From the human T2T-CHM13v2.0 reference genome, Homo sapiens, in NCBI RefSeq assembly GCF_009914755.1, contig NC_060933.1: a DNA stretch of 64,000 nucleotides; one strand, 5' to 3'. The notes under the pieces are model-generated. The model saw nothing but the letters and a program-made list of their open reading frames with translations. It ran no database searches and had not been told where the DNA came from. Numbering within the stretch: position 1 is the first letter of the stretch; each line of letters begins with the position of its first letter. Below, piece by piece: positions 30,450 through 45,400 of the stretch. Both the position numbers and the translations under genes were made by a program.

Positions 30450-33400
30450 CCATTCCATTCCATTCCATTCTATTCGCGTTAATTCCATTCCACTCCATTC
30501 CATTACATTCCATTGCAATCGACTTGATTCCATTCCATTCCATTCCATTCCATTCCATTCCATTCAAGTCCTTTCCATTCCATTCCACTCGTGTTGATTC
30601 CATTTTATTAGTTTCCATTCCATTCCATTCCCTTCCATTCCACTCTGGTTGATTCCATTCCTTTCCATTCCACTCGAATTCATTCCCTTCTATTCCACTC
30701 GGAATGATTCCATTCCATTCCGTTCCATTCCATTCCATTCCATTCCATTTCGTTCCATTCCATTATATTCCGTACCATTCCATTCCATTCCATTCCATTC
30801 CATTCCATTCCATTCCATGCCATTCCACTCGGGTTGATTCCATTGCTTTCCATTCCATTTGGGTTGAATCCTTTCCATTCCATTCCATTCCATTCCATTC
30901 CATTCCATTCCATTCCATTCCATTCCATTCAATTGCACTAGGTTTGATTCCATTCCACTGCATTCCATTCCATTCCATTCCATTGCATTCCATTCCATTC
31001 CATTCTATTCCATTCCCCTGCACTCGGGTTCATTCCATTCCATTCCATTTACTTCCATTCCATTCCATTCCATTCCATTCCATTCCATTCCATTCTATTC
31101 GGGTTAATTCCATTCCATTCCATTCCATTCCATTCCATTCCATTCCATTCCATTCCATTCCATTGCAATCGAGTTGATTCCATTCCATTCCATTCAATTC
31201 CGGATGATTCCATTCCATTGCCTTCAATTCCATTCCATTTCCCTGCACTCGGGTTGATTCCATTCCATTCCATTCCATTTCATTCCATTCCATTTCGTTC
31301 CATTCCATTCTATTCTGTACCATTCCATTCCATTCCATTCCTTTCCATTACATTACGGATGATTCCATTCCATTGCATTCCATTCCATTCCATTCCCCTG
31401 TACTCGGGTTGATTCCATTCCATTCCATACCATTCCATTCCATTCCATTCCATTCCATTCCATTCCATTCCATTCCATTCCATTGAACTCGGGTTGATTC
31501 CATTCCATTCCATGCCATTCCATTTCATTCCGTTCCATTCCATTCCATTACATTCGGATTGATTCTTTTCAATTCCCTTACACTCCATTACATTCCATTC
31601 CATTCGGGTAGTTTCCATTCCATTCGATTCCATTACACTCCATTGCATTGCACTCGGGTTGATTGATTCCATTCCATTGCATTCCATTCCATTCCATTCC
31701 ATTCCGGATGATTCCATTCCATTGCATTCCATTCCATTCCATTCCCCTGCACTCGGGTTGATTCCATTCCATTCCATTCCATTCCATTCCGTTCCATTCC
31801 ATTCCATTCCATTCCATTCCATTCCGTTCAGGTTAATTCCATTCCATTCCATTCCATTCCATTCCATTGCAATCTAGTTGATTGCATTGCATTCCATTCC
31901 ATTCCATTCCATTGCATTCCATTCCCCTGCACTCAGGTTGATTCCATTCCATTCCATTCCATTCCATTCCATTCCATTCCATTCCATTCTATTCGCGTTA
32001 ATTCCATTCCATTCCATTCCCTTACATTCCATTGCAATCGAGTTGATTCCATTCCATTCCATTCCATTCCATTGCATTCAAGTCCTTTCCATTCCATTCC
32101 ACTCGTGTTGATTCCATTTTATTAGTTTCCATTCCATTCCATTCCCTTCCATTCCACTCTGGTTGATTCCATTCCTTTCCATTCCACTCGAATACATTCC
32201 CTCCTATTCCACTCGGAAAGATTCCAGTTCATTCCATTCCATTCCATTCCATTCCATTCCATTCCATTCCATTCCATTTCGTTCCATTCCATTCCATTCC
32301 GTATCATTCCATTCCATTCCATTCCATGCCATTCCACTCGGTTTGATTCCATTGCTTTCCATTCCATTTGGGTTGAATCCATTCCATTCCATTCCATTCC
32401 ATTCCATTCCATTCTATTCCATTGCACTAGGTTTGATTCCATTCCACTGCATTCCATTCCATTCCATTCCATTCCATTCCGTTCCTTTCCATTCCATTCC
32501 ATTACATTCGGATTGATTGTATTCAATTCCCTTACACTCCATTTCATTCCATTCCATTCAGGTTGTTTCCATTCCATTCCAATCCATTCCACTCCATTCC
32601 ATTGCAATCAGGTTCATTGCATTCCATTCCATTCCATTCTATTCCATTTCCTTCCATTCCATTCTATTCGGTACCATTCCATTCCATTCCATTCCAATCT
32701 ATTCCATTCCATGCCATTCCACTTGGGTTGATTTCCATCCTTTCCATTCCAATCGGGTTGAATCCATTCCATTCCATTCCATTCCATTCCATTCCTTTCC
32801 ATTCCATTGCGCACGGGTTGGTTCCATTCCATTCCTTTCCGTTCCATTCCGGATGACTCCATTCCATGGCATTCCATTCCATTCCATTCCATTCCATTCC
32901 CCTGCACTCGGGTTCATTACCTTCCATTCCATTTACTTCCATTCCATTCCATTCCATTCTCTTCGGGTTAATTCCATTCCATTCCATTCCATTCCATTCC
33001 ATTCCATTCCATTCCATTCCATTGCAATCGAGTTGATTCCATTCCATTCCATTCAATTCCGGATGATTCCATTCCATTGCCTTCAATTCCATTCCATTCC
33101 CCTGCACTCGGTTTGATTCCATTCCATTCCATTCCATTCTATTCCATTGCACTAGGTTTGATTCCATTCCACTGCATTCCATTCCATTCTATTCCATTCC
33201 ATTCCGTTCCATTCCATTCCATTCCATTACATTCGGATTGATTGTATTCAATTCCCTTACACTCCATTTCATTCCATTCCATTCAGGTTGTTTCCATTCC
33301 ATTCCAATCCATTCCACTCCATTCTATTGCACTCGGGTTGATTGCATTCCATTCCATTCCATTCTATTCCATTTCCTTCAATTCCATTCTATTCGGTACC

Positions 33401-36400
33401 ATTCCATTCCATTCCATTCAAATCCATTCCATTCCATGCCATTCCACTTGGGTTGATTCCCATCCTTTCCATTCCATTCGGGTTGAATCCATTCCATTCC
33501 ATTCCATTCCATTCCATTCCATTCCTTTCCATTCCATTGCACACGGGTTGGTTCCATTCCATTCCTTTCCGTTCCATTCCGGATGACTCCATTCCATTGC
33601 ATTCCATTCCATTCCATTCCATTCCCCTGCACTCGGGTTCATTACCTTCCATTGCATTTACTTCCATTCCATTCCATTCCATTCTCTTCGGGTTAATTCC
33701 ATTCCATTCCATTCCATTCCATTCCATTCCATTCCATTCCATTGCAATCGAGTTGATTCCATTCCATTCCATTCAATTCCGGATGATTCCATTCCATTGC
33801 CTTCAATTCCATTCCATTCCCCTGCACTCGGGTTGATTCCATTCCATTCCATTCCATTCCATTCCATTCCATTTCATTCCATTCCATTTCGTTCCTTTCC
33901 ATTCTATTCCGTACCATTCCATTCCATTCTATTCCATTCCATTCCATTCCATTCCATGCCATTCCACTCGGGTTGATTCCATTCCTTTTCATTCCATTCG
34001 AGTTGAATCCATTCCAATCCATTCCATTCCATTCGATTCCATTCCATTGCACACGGGTTCATTCCATTCCATTCCATTCCATTCCATTTCCTTCCATTCC
34101 ATTCTATTCCGTACCATTCCATTCCATTTCATTCCATTCCATTCCACTCCATTCCATACCATTCCACTCGGGTTTATTCCATTCCTTTCCATTCCATTCG
34201 GGTTGAATCCATTCCATTCCATTCCATTCCATTCGATTCCATTACATTGCACTCGGGTTGATTCCATTCCATTCCATTCCTTTAAATTTCATTCCATTCC
34301 ACTCCATTCCATGCCATTCCACGCGGGTTTATTCCATTCCTTTCCATTCCATTCGTGTTGAATCCATTCCATTCCATTCCATTCCATTCGATTCCATTAC
34401 ACTGCACTCGGGTTGATTCCATTCCATTCCATTCCATTCCATTTAATTCCATTCCATTCCATTCCATTCCATTCCATTCCATTCCATTCCATGCCATTCC
34501 ATTCCATTCCATGCCATTCCACTCGTGTTGATTCCATTCCTTTCCATTCCATTCGAGTTGAACCCATTCCATTCCATTCCATTCCATTCCATTCCATTCC
34601 ATTGCACACGGGTTCATTCCATTCCATTCCATTCCATTCCGTTCCATTCCATTCCGTTCCATTCCATTCCATTCCATTCTGTTCGGGTTAATTCCATTCT
34701 ATTCCTTTCCCTTCCATTCCCTTCCATTCCATCCCATTGCAATCGAGTTGATTCCATTTCATTCCATTCCATTACATTCCATTGCATTCCATTCCATTCC
34801 ATTCCCCTGCACTCAGGTTGATTCCATTCGATTCCATTCCATTCCATTCCATTCCATTCCGTTCCATTCCATTCCATTCCATTCTATTCGCGTTAATTGC
34901 ATTCCATTCCATTCCATTACATTCCATTGCAATCGAGTTGATTCCATTCCATTCCGTTCCATTCCATTCCATTCCATTCCATTTCGTTCCATTCCATTCT
35001 ATTCCGTACCATTCCATTCCATTCCATTCCATTCCATTCCATTCCATTCCATGCCATTCCACTCGGGTTGATTCCATTGCTTTCCATTCCATTTGGGTTG
35101 AATCCATTCCATTCCATTCCATTCCATTCCATTCCATTCCATTCCATTCTATTCGCGTTAATTGCATTCCATTCCATTCCATTACATTCCATTGCAATCG
35201 AGTTGATTCCATTCCTTTCCGTTCCATTCCATTCCATTCCATTCCATTTCGTTCCATTCCATTCTATTCCGTACCATTCCATTCCATTCCATTCCATTCC
35301 ATTCCATTCCATGCCATTCCACTCGGGTTGATTCCATGGCTTTCCATTCCATTTGGGTTGAATCCATTCCATTCCATTCCATTCCATTCCATTCCATTCC
35401 ATTCCATTCCATTGCACTAGGTTTGATTCCATTCCACTGCATTCCATTCCATTCCATTCCATTCCGTTCCATTCCATTCCATTACATTCGGATTGATTGT
35501 ATTCAATTTCCTTACACTCCATTTCATTCCATTCCATTCGGGTTGTTTCCATGTCATTCCATTCCATTCCACTCCATTCCATTGCACTCGGGTTGATTCC
35601 ATTCCATTCCATTCCATTCTATTTCATTTCGTTCCATTCCATTCTATTCGGTACCATTCCATTCCATTCCATTCCATTCCATTCCATTCCATTCCATGCC
35701 ATTCCACTTGGGTTGATTCCCTTCCTTTCCATTCCATTCGGGTTGAATCCATTCCATTCCATTCCATTCCATTCCATTCTATTCCATTCCATTCCTTTCC
35801 ATTCCAATGCACACGGGTTGATTCCATTCCATTCCTTTCTGTTCCATTCCGGATGACTCCATTCCATTGCATTCCATTCCATTCCATTCCCCTGCACTCG
35901 GGTTCATTACATTCCATTCCATTTACTTCCATTCCATTCCATTCCATTCCATTCCATTCCATTCTATTCGGGTTAATTCAATTCCATTCCATTCCATTCC
36001 ATTCCATTCCATTCCATTCCATTCCGTTCCATTCAATTCCATTACATTCGGATTGATTCTTTTTAATTCCCTTACACTCCATTACATTCTATTCCATTCG
36101 GGTACTTTCCATACCATTCCATTCCATTCCACTGCATTCTATTGCACTCGGGTTGATTGATTCCATTCCATTGCATTCCATTCCATTCCATTCCATTCCG
36201 GATGATTCCATTCCATTGCATTCCATTGCATTCCATTCCCCTGTACTCGGGTTGATCCCATTCCATTGCATTCCATTCCATTCCATTCCATTCCATTCCA
36301 TTCCATTCCATTCCATTCCGTTCCATTCCATTCCCTTCCATTCTGTTCAGGTTAATTCCATTCCATTCCATTCCCTTCCATTCCATTCCATTCCATTCCA

Positions 36401-39400
36401 TTCCATTCCATTGCATTCCACTCGGGTTGATTCCATTCCTTTCCATTCCATTCGAGTTGAACCCATTCCATTCCATTCCATTCCATTCCATTCCACTCGG
36501 GTTGATTCCATTCCTTTCCATTCCATTGGGGTTGAAACCATTCCATTCCATTCCATTCCTTTCGATTCCATTCCATTTCACTCGGGTTGATCCCCTTCCA
36601 TTGCATTCCATTCCATTCCATTGCATTCCATTCCGTTCCATTCCATTCCATTACATTCGTATTGATTCTATTCAATTCCCTTACTCTCCATTACATTCCA
36701 TTCCATTCGGGTTGTTTCCATTCCATTCCATTCCATTCCACTCCATTCCATTGCAATCGGGTTGATTCCATTGCATTCCATTGCATTCCATTCCATTCCA
36801 TTCCATTCCGTATGATTCCATTCCATTGCATTCCATTCCATTCCATTCCCCTGCACTCGGGTGGATTCCATTCTATTCCATTCCATTCCATTCCATTCCA
36901 TTCCATTCCATTCCATTCCATTCCATTCTATTCGGGTTAATTTCATTCCATTCCATTCCATTCCCTTCCATTGCATTCCATTCCATTCCATTCCATTCCA
37001 TTGAAATCGAGTTGATTCCATTCCATTCCATTCCATTCCATTCCATTCCATTCCATTCCATTCTATTCGGGTTAATTCCATTCCATTCCATTCCATTCCA
37101 TTCCCTTCCATTCCATTCTATTCCATTCCATTCCATTGCAGTCCATTCCATTCTAGTAGGGTTAATTCCATTCCATTCCATTCCATTCCATTCCATTCCA
37201 TTCCATTCCATTCCATTCCATTCCATTCCATTCCATTGCAATCGAGTTGATTCCATTGCATTCCATTCCATTCCATTCCATTCCATTCAATTCCATTGAA
37301 CTCGGGTTGATTCCATTCCATTCCATGCCATTCCATTTCATTCCATTCCATTCCATTCCATTCCATTCCATTCCATTCCTTTCCGTTCCATTCAATTACA
37401 TTCGGATTGATTCTATTCAATTCCCTTACACTCCAATACATTCTATTCCATTCGTGTTGTTTCCATTCTATTCCATTCCATTCCACTCCATTCCATTGCA
37501 CTCTGGTTGATTCCATTCCATTCCCTTCCATTCCGTATGACTCCATTCCATTTCATTCCATTGCATTGCTTTCCCCTGCACTCGAGTTGATTACGTTCCA
37601 TTCCATTCCCTTCCTTTCCGTTCCATTCCATTCTATTCGGGTTAATTCCATTCCATTCCATTACATTCCATTCCCTTCCATTCCATTCCATTCCATTCCA
37701 TTCCATTCCATTCGATTCTATTCAGGTTAATTCCATTCCATTCCATTCCATTCCATTCCATTCCATTCCATTCCATTCCATTGCAATCGAGTTGATTCCA
37801 TTCCATTCCATTCCATTCCATTCCATTCCATTCCATTCCGGATGATTCCATTCCATTGCCTTTCATTCCATTCCATTACCATACACTCGGGTTGTTTCCA
37901 TTCCATTCCATTCCATTCCATTCCATTCCATTCCATTTCATTCCATTCGATTCTAATCCGTACCATTCAATTCCATTCCATTCCATGCCATTCCATTCCA
38001 TTCCAGTCCATGCCATTCCACTCGGGTTGATTTCATTCCTTTCCATTCCATTCGAGTTGTATCCTTTCCATTCCATTCCATTCCATTCGATTCCATTCCA
38101 TTGCACACGGGTTCATTCCATTCCATTCCATTCCATTCCATTCCATTCCATTCCATTTCGTTCCATTCCATTCTATCCCGTACCATTCCATTCTATTCCG
38201 TACCATTCCATTCCATTCCATTCCAATCCAGTCCATTCCATTCCATTCCACTCGGGTTGATTCCATTCCTTTCCATTCCATTTGGGTTGAATCCATTCCA
38301 TTCCATTCCATTCCATTCGATTCCATTACATTACACTCGGGTTGATTCCATTCCATACCATTCCATTCCATTTCATTCCATTCCATTCCATTCCATTCCA
38401 TTCCATTCCATTCCATTCCATTCCATTCCATACCATTCCATTCCATTCCATTCCAGGCCATTCCACTCGGGTTGATTCCATTCCATTCCATTCCTTTCGA
38501 ATTGAACCCATTCCATTCCATTCCATTCCATTCCATTCCATTGCACACGGGTTCATTCCATTCCATTCCATTCCATTTCGTTCTTTTCCATTCTATTCCG
38601 GACCATTCCATTCCATTCCATTCCATTCCATGCCATTCCACTCGGGTTTATTCCATTCCTTTCCATTCCATTCGGGTTCAATCCATTCCATTCCCTTCCA
38701 TTCCATTCGATTCCATTCCATTGCACTCGGGTTGATTCCATTCCATTCCATGCCATTCCATTTCATTCCATTCCATTCCATTCCATTCCATTCTATTCCG
38801 TTCCATTCCATTCAATTACATTCGTATTGATTCTTTTTAATTCCCTTACACTCCATTCCATTCCATTCCATTCGGGTACTTTCCATTCCATTCCATTCCA
38901 CTGCATTCTATTGCACTCGGGTTGATTGATTCCATTCCATTGCATTCCATTCCATTCCATTCCATTCCGGATGAATCCATTCCATTGCATTCCTTTCCAT
39001 TCCATTCCCCTGCACTCGGGTTGATTCCATTCCATTCCATTCCATTCCATTCCGTTCCATTCCATTCCATTCCATTCTGTTCAGGTTAATTCCATTCCAT
39101 TCCATTCCCTTCCATTCCATTCCATTCTATTCCATTCCATTCCATTCCATTCCCCTGCACTCAGTTTGATTCCATTCCATTCCATTCCATTCCATTCAAG
39201 TCCTTTCCATTCCATTCCACTCGTGTTCATTCCATTTTATTAGTTTCCATTCCATTCCATTCCCTTACATTCCACTCTGGTTGATTCCATTCCTTTCCAT
39301 TCTACTCGATTGCATTCCCTTCTATTCCACTCGGATTGATTCCATTCCATTCCGTTCCATTCCATTCCATTTCGTTCCATTCCATTCTATTCCATTCCAT

Positions 39401-42400
39401 TCCATTCCATTCCATTCCTTTCCATTCCATTCCGTTCCATTCCATTCCATTCCATTCCATTTCTTTCCATTCCATTCTATTCCATACCATTCCATTCCAT
39501 TCCGTTCCATGCCATTCCACTCGGGTTGATTCCATTGCTTTCCATTCCATTTGGGTTGAATCCATTCCATTCCATTCCATTCCATTCCGTTCCGTTCCAT
39601 TCCATTCCATTACATTCGTATTGATTGTATTCAATTCCCTTACACTCCATTACATTCCATTCCATTCGGGTTGTTTCCATTCCATTCCATTCCATTCCAC
39701 TCCATTCCATTGCAGTCGGGTTGATTCCATTCCATTCCATTCCATTCCCTTCCATTCCATTTCGTTCCATTCCATTCTATTCCATACCATTCCACTCCAT
39801 TCCATGCCATTCCACTCGTGTTTATTCCATTCCTTTCCATTCCATTCGGGTTGAATCCATTCCATTCGGGTTGAATCCATTCCATTCCATTCCATTCCAT
39901 TCCATTCCATTCCATTCCATGCCATTCCACTCGGGTTGATTCCATTCCTTTCCATTCCATTCGAGTTGAACCCATTCCATTCCATTCCATTCCATTCCAT
40001 TCCATTGCTCACGGGTTCATTCCATCCAATTCCATTCCATTCCATTCCATTCCATTGCATTTCGTTCCATTCCATTCTACTCCCTACCATTGCATTCCAT
40101 TCCATTCCCTTCCATGCCATTTCACTCGGGTTTACTCCTTTCCTTTTCTTTCCATTCGGGTTGAATCCATTCCATTCCATTCCATTGCATTCCATTCCAT
40201 TCCATTCCCCTGCAATCGGTTGGATTCCATTCTATTCCATTCCATTCCATTCAATTCCATTCCATTTCGTTCCATTCCATTCTATTCCGTACCTTTCCAT
40301 TCCATTCCATTCCATTCCATTCCATGCCATTCCACTCGGGTTGATTCCATTGCTTTCCATTCCATTTGGGTTGAATCTAATCCATTCCATTCCATTCCAT
40401 TCCATTCCATTCCATTGCACTAGGTTTGATTCCATTTCACTGCATTCCATTCCATTCCATTCCATTAAATTCCATTCCACTCGGGTTGATTCCATTCCTT
40501 TCCATTCCATTCGTGTTGAATCCATTCCATTCCATTCCATTACTTTCGATTCCATTCCATTGCACTCGGGTTGAACCCATTCCATTGGATTCCATTCCAT
40601 TCCATTGCATTCCATTCCTTTCCATTCCATTCCATTACATTCGTATTGATTCTATTCACTTCCCTTACACTCCATTCCATTCCATTCCATTCGGGTTGTT
40701 TCCATTCCATTCCATTCCATTCCACTCCATTCCATTGCAATCGGGTTGATTCCATTCCATTCCATTCCATTCCGTATGATTCCATTCCATTGCATTCCAT
40801 TCCATTCCATTCCCCTGCACTCGGGTGGATTCCATTCTATTCCATTCCATTCCATTCAACTCTATTCCATTCCATTCCATTCCATTCCATTCCATTCCAT
40901 TACATTCCATTCTATTCGGGTTAATTTCATTCCATTCCATTCCATTCCATTCCATTGCATTCCATTGCATTCCATTGAAATCGAGTTGATTCCATTTCAT
41001 TCCATTCCATTCCATTCCATTCCATTCCATTCCATTGCATTCTATTCCGGTTAATTCCATTCCATTCCATTCCATTCCATTCCTTTCCATTCCTTTCCAT
41101 TCCATTCTATTAGGGTTAATTCCATTCCATTCCATTCCATTACATTCCATTGCAATCGAGTTGATTCCATTCCATTTCATTCCATTCCATTCAATTCCGG
41201 ATGATTGCATTCCATTGCCTTCCATTCCATTCCATTGCCCTGCACTCGGGTTGATTCCATTCCATTCCTTTCCATTCCATTCCGTTCCATTCCATTTCAT
41301 TCCATTCCATTCCATGCCATTCCACTCGGGTTGATTCCATTCCTTTCCATTCCATTCGACTTGAATCCATTCCATTCCATTCCATTCCATTCCATTCCAT
41401 TCCATTGTACACGGGTTCATTCCATTCCATTCCATTCCATTCCATTCCACTCGGGATGATTCCATTCCTTTCCATTCCATTCGGGTTGAAACCATTCCAT
41501 TCCATTCCATTCCTTTCGATTCCATTCCATTACACTCGGGTTGATCCCATTGCATTTCATTGCATTCCATTCCATTGCATTCCATTCCGTTCCATTCCAT
41601 TCCATTACATTCGTATTGATTCTATTCAATTCCCTTACACTCCATTACATTCCATTCCATTCGGGTTTTTTCCATTCCATTCCATTCCATTCCACTCCAT
41701 TCCATTGCAATCGGGTTGATTCCATTCCATTCCATTCCATTCCATTCCGTTCCATTCCATTCCATTCCATTCGGTTCAGTTTAATTCCATTCCATTCCAT
41801 TCCCTTCCATTCCATTCCATTCCATTCCATTCCATCCAATTGCAATCGACTTGATTCCATTGCATTCCATTCCATTCCATTCCATTCCATTGCATTCCAT
41901 TCCATTACATTCCATTCCATTGCATTCCATTCCATTCCATTCCCCTGCACTCAGATTGATTCCATTCCATCCCATTCCATTCCATTCCGTTCCATTCCAT
42001 TCCATTACATTCGGATTGATTGTATTCAATTCCCTTACACTCCATTACATTCCATTCCATTCTGGTTGTTTCCATTCCATTCCATTCCGTGTGCAATGGA
42101 ATGGAATGGAATGGAATGGAATGGAATGGAATGGGTTCAACTAGAATGGAATGGAAAGGAATGGAATCAACCCGAGTGAAATGGCATGGAATGGAATGGA
42201 ATGGAATGGAATGGAATGGAATGGAATGAAATGGAATGGAAGGGAATGGATTGAAATGGAATGGAATGGAATGGAATCAACCCGAGTGCAATGTAATGGA
42301 ATTGAATGGAATGGAATGGAATGGAATGGAATGAATTCAACCCGAATGGAATGGAAAGGAATGGAATAAACCCGAGTGGAATGGCATGGAATGGAGTGGA

Positions 42401-45400
42401 ATGGAATGGAATGGAATACTACGGAAGAGAATGGAATGGAACGAAATGGAAAGGAATGGAATGGAATGGAATGGAATGAACACGTGAGCAATGGAATGGA
42501 ATCGAATGGAATAGAATGGAATGGAATGGATTCAACTCGAATGGAATGGAAAGGAATGGAATCAACCCGAGTGGAATGGCATGGAATGGAATGGAATGGA
42601 ATGGAATGGAATGGAACGGAATGGAATGGAATCAACTCGATTGCAAAGGAATGTAATGGAATGGAATGGAACGGAATTAACGCAAATAGAATGGAATGGA
42701 AAGGAATGGAACGGAATGGAATGGAAAGGAATGGAATGGAATCAATCTGAGTGCAGGGGAATGCAATGGAATGGAATGCAATGGAATGGAATAGAATGGA
42801 ATGCAATGGAATCACCTCGATTGCAATGGGATGGAATGGAATGGAATGGAATGGAAGGGAATGGAATCCAATGGAATTAACCTGAACAGAATGGAATGGA
42901 ATTGAATGGAATGGAATTGAATGCAATGGAATGGAATCAATCAACCCGAGTGCAATAGAATGCAGTGGAATGGAATGGAATGGAATGGAATGGAATGGAA
43001 TGGAATGGAATGAAATGGAATGGCAGGGAATGGAATGGAATCAACCCCAGTGCAAAGGAATGGAATGGAATGGAATGGAATGGAATGGAATGTAATGGAT
43101 TCAACCCAAATGGAATGGAAAGGAATGGAATAAACCTGAGTGGAATCGCATGGAATGGAATGGAATGGAATGGAATGGAATGGAATGGTACGGAATAGAA
43201 TGGAATGGAACGAAATGGAATGGAATGGAATGGAATGGAATGGAATCAACCTGAGTGCAATGGAATGGAGTGGAATGGAATGGAATGGAATGGAAACAAC
43301 CCGAATGGAATGGAATGTAATGGAGTGTAAGGGAATTGAATACAATCAATCCGAATGTAATGGAATGGAATGGAACGGAATGGAATGGAATGGAATGCAG
43401 TGGAATGGAATCAAACTTAGTGCAATGGAATGGAATGGAATGGAATGGAATGGAATGGAATGGAATGGAAAGGATTGGATTCAACCCAAATGGAATGGAA
43501 AGCAATGGAATCAACCCGAGTGGAATGGCATGGAATGGAATGGAATGGAATGGAATGGAATGGTACAGAATAGAATGGAATGGAATGAAATGGAATGGAA
43601 TGGAATGGAATGGAACGGAATGGAATGGAATCAACTCGATTGCAATGGAATGTAATGGAATGGAATGGAATGGAATTAACGCGAATAGAATGGAATGGAA
43701 TGGAATGGAACGGAATGGAATGGAATGGGATGGAATGGAATCAATCTGCCTGCAGGGGAATGGAATGGAATGGAATGCAATGGAATGGAATGGAATGGAA
43801 TGGAATGCAATGGAATCAACTAGATTGCAATGGGATGGAATGGAATGGAATGGAATGGAAGGGAATGGAATGGAATGGAATTAACCTGAACAGAATGGAA
43901 TGGAATGGAATGGAAAGGAATGGAAGGGAATGGAATGGAATGGAATTAAGCTGAAGAGAATGGAATGGAATGGAATGGAACGGAATGGAATGGAATGGAA
44001 TGGAATGGAATGCAATGGAATGGGATCAACCCGAGTGCAGGGGAATGGAATGGAATGGAATGCAATGGAATGGAATCAATCAACCCGAGTGCAATAGAAT
44101 GCAGTGGAATGGAATGGAATGGAATGGAAAGTACCCGAATGGAAAGGAATGTAATGGAGTGTAAGGGAATTAAAAAGAATCAATCCGAATGTAATGGAAT
44201 GGAAGGGAACGGAATGGAATGGAATGGATTGGAATGGAATGGAATGGAATGGAATGAAATGGAATGGCATGGAATGGAATGGAATCAACCCGAGTTCAAT
44301 GGAATGGAAAGGAATGGAATGGATTCAACCCGAATGGAATGGAAAGGAATGGAATAAACCCGAGTGAAATGGCATGGAAGGGAATGGAATGGAATGGAAT
44401 GGTAAGGAATAGAATGGAATGGAACGAAATGGAATGGAATGGAATGGAATGGAATGGAATGGAATGGAATGGAATGAACCCGTGTGCAATGGAATGGAAT
44501 GGAATGGAATGGAATGGAATGGAATGGAATGGGTTCAACTAGAATGGAATGGAAAGGAATGGAATCAACCCGAGTGGAATGGCATGGAATGGAATGGAAA
44601 GGAATGGAATGGAATGGAATGGAATGGAATGGAATGAAATGGAATGGAAGGGAATGGATTGAAATGGAATGGAATGGAATGGAATCAACCCGAGTGCAAT
44701 GTAATGTAATGGAATGGAATGGAATGGAATGGAATGGAACGGAATGGAATGGAATCAACTCGATTGCAAAGGAATGTAATGGAATGGAATGGAACGGAAT
44801 TAACGCAAATAGAATGGAATGGAAAGCAATGGAACGGAATGGAATGGAAAGGAATGGAATGGAATCAATCTGAGTGCAGGGGAATGGAATGGAATGGAAT
44901 GCAATGGAATGGAATGGAATGGAATGCAATGCAATCACCTCGATTGCAATGGGATGGAATGGAATGGAATGAAATGGAAGGGAATGGAATGGAATGGAAT
45001 TAACCTGAACAGAATGGAATGGAATGGAATGCAATGGAATGGAATGGAATGGAATGGAATGGAATGCAATGGAATGGAATCAATCAACGCGAGTGTAATA
45101 GAATGCAGTGGAATGGAATGGAATGGAATGGAAAGTACACGAATGGAATGGAATGTAATGGAGTGTAAGGGAATTAAAAAGAATCAATCCGAATGTAATG
45201 GAATGGAATTGAAAGGAAAGGAATGGAATGGAATGGAATGGAATGGAATGGAATGGAATGGAATGAAATGGAATGGCATAGAATGGAATGGAATCAACCC
45301 GAGCGCAATGGAATGGAATGGAATGGAATGGAATGGAATGGAATGGATTCAACCCGAATGGAATGGAATGGAATGGAATAAACCCGAGTGAAATGGCATG

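Larger units (their letters stand above)
1..42088 (+). repeat. HSat3 orientation domain 1 (CATTC on + strand)
   Basis: The + strand reads (CATTC)n without a strand switch up to ...tccattcc at 42088. Confidence 0.97.

Noticed and set aside
42020-42229. Chimeric IPFHS-to-MEWNG ORFs crossing the junctions (also 58604-59156)
   Set aside because: By-products of the strand switch, useful only as breakpoint markers.
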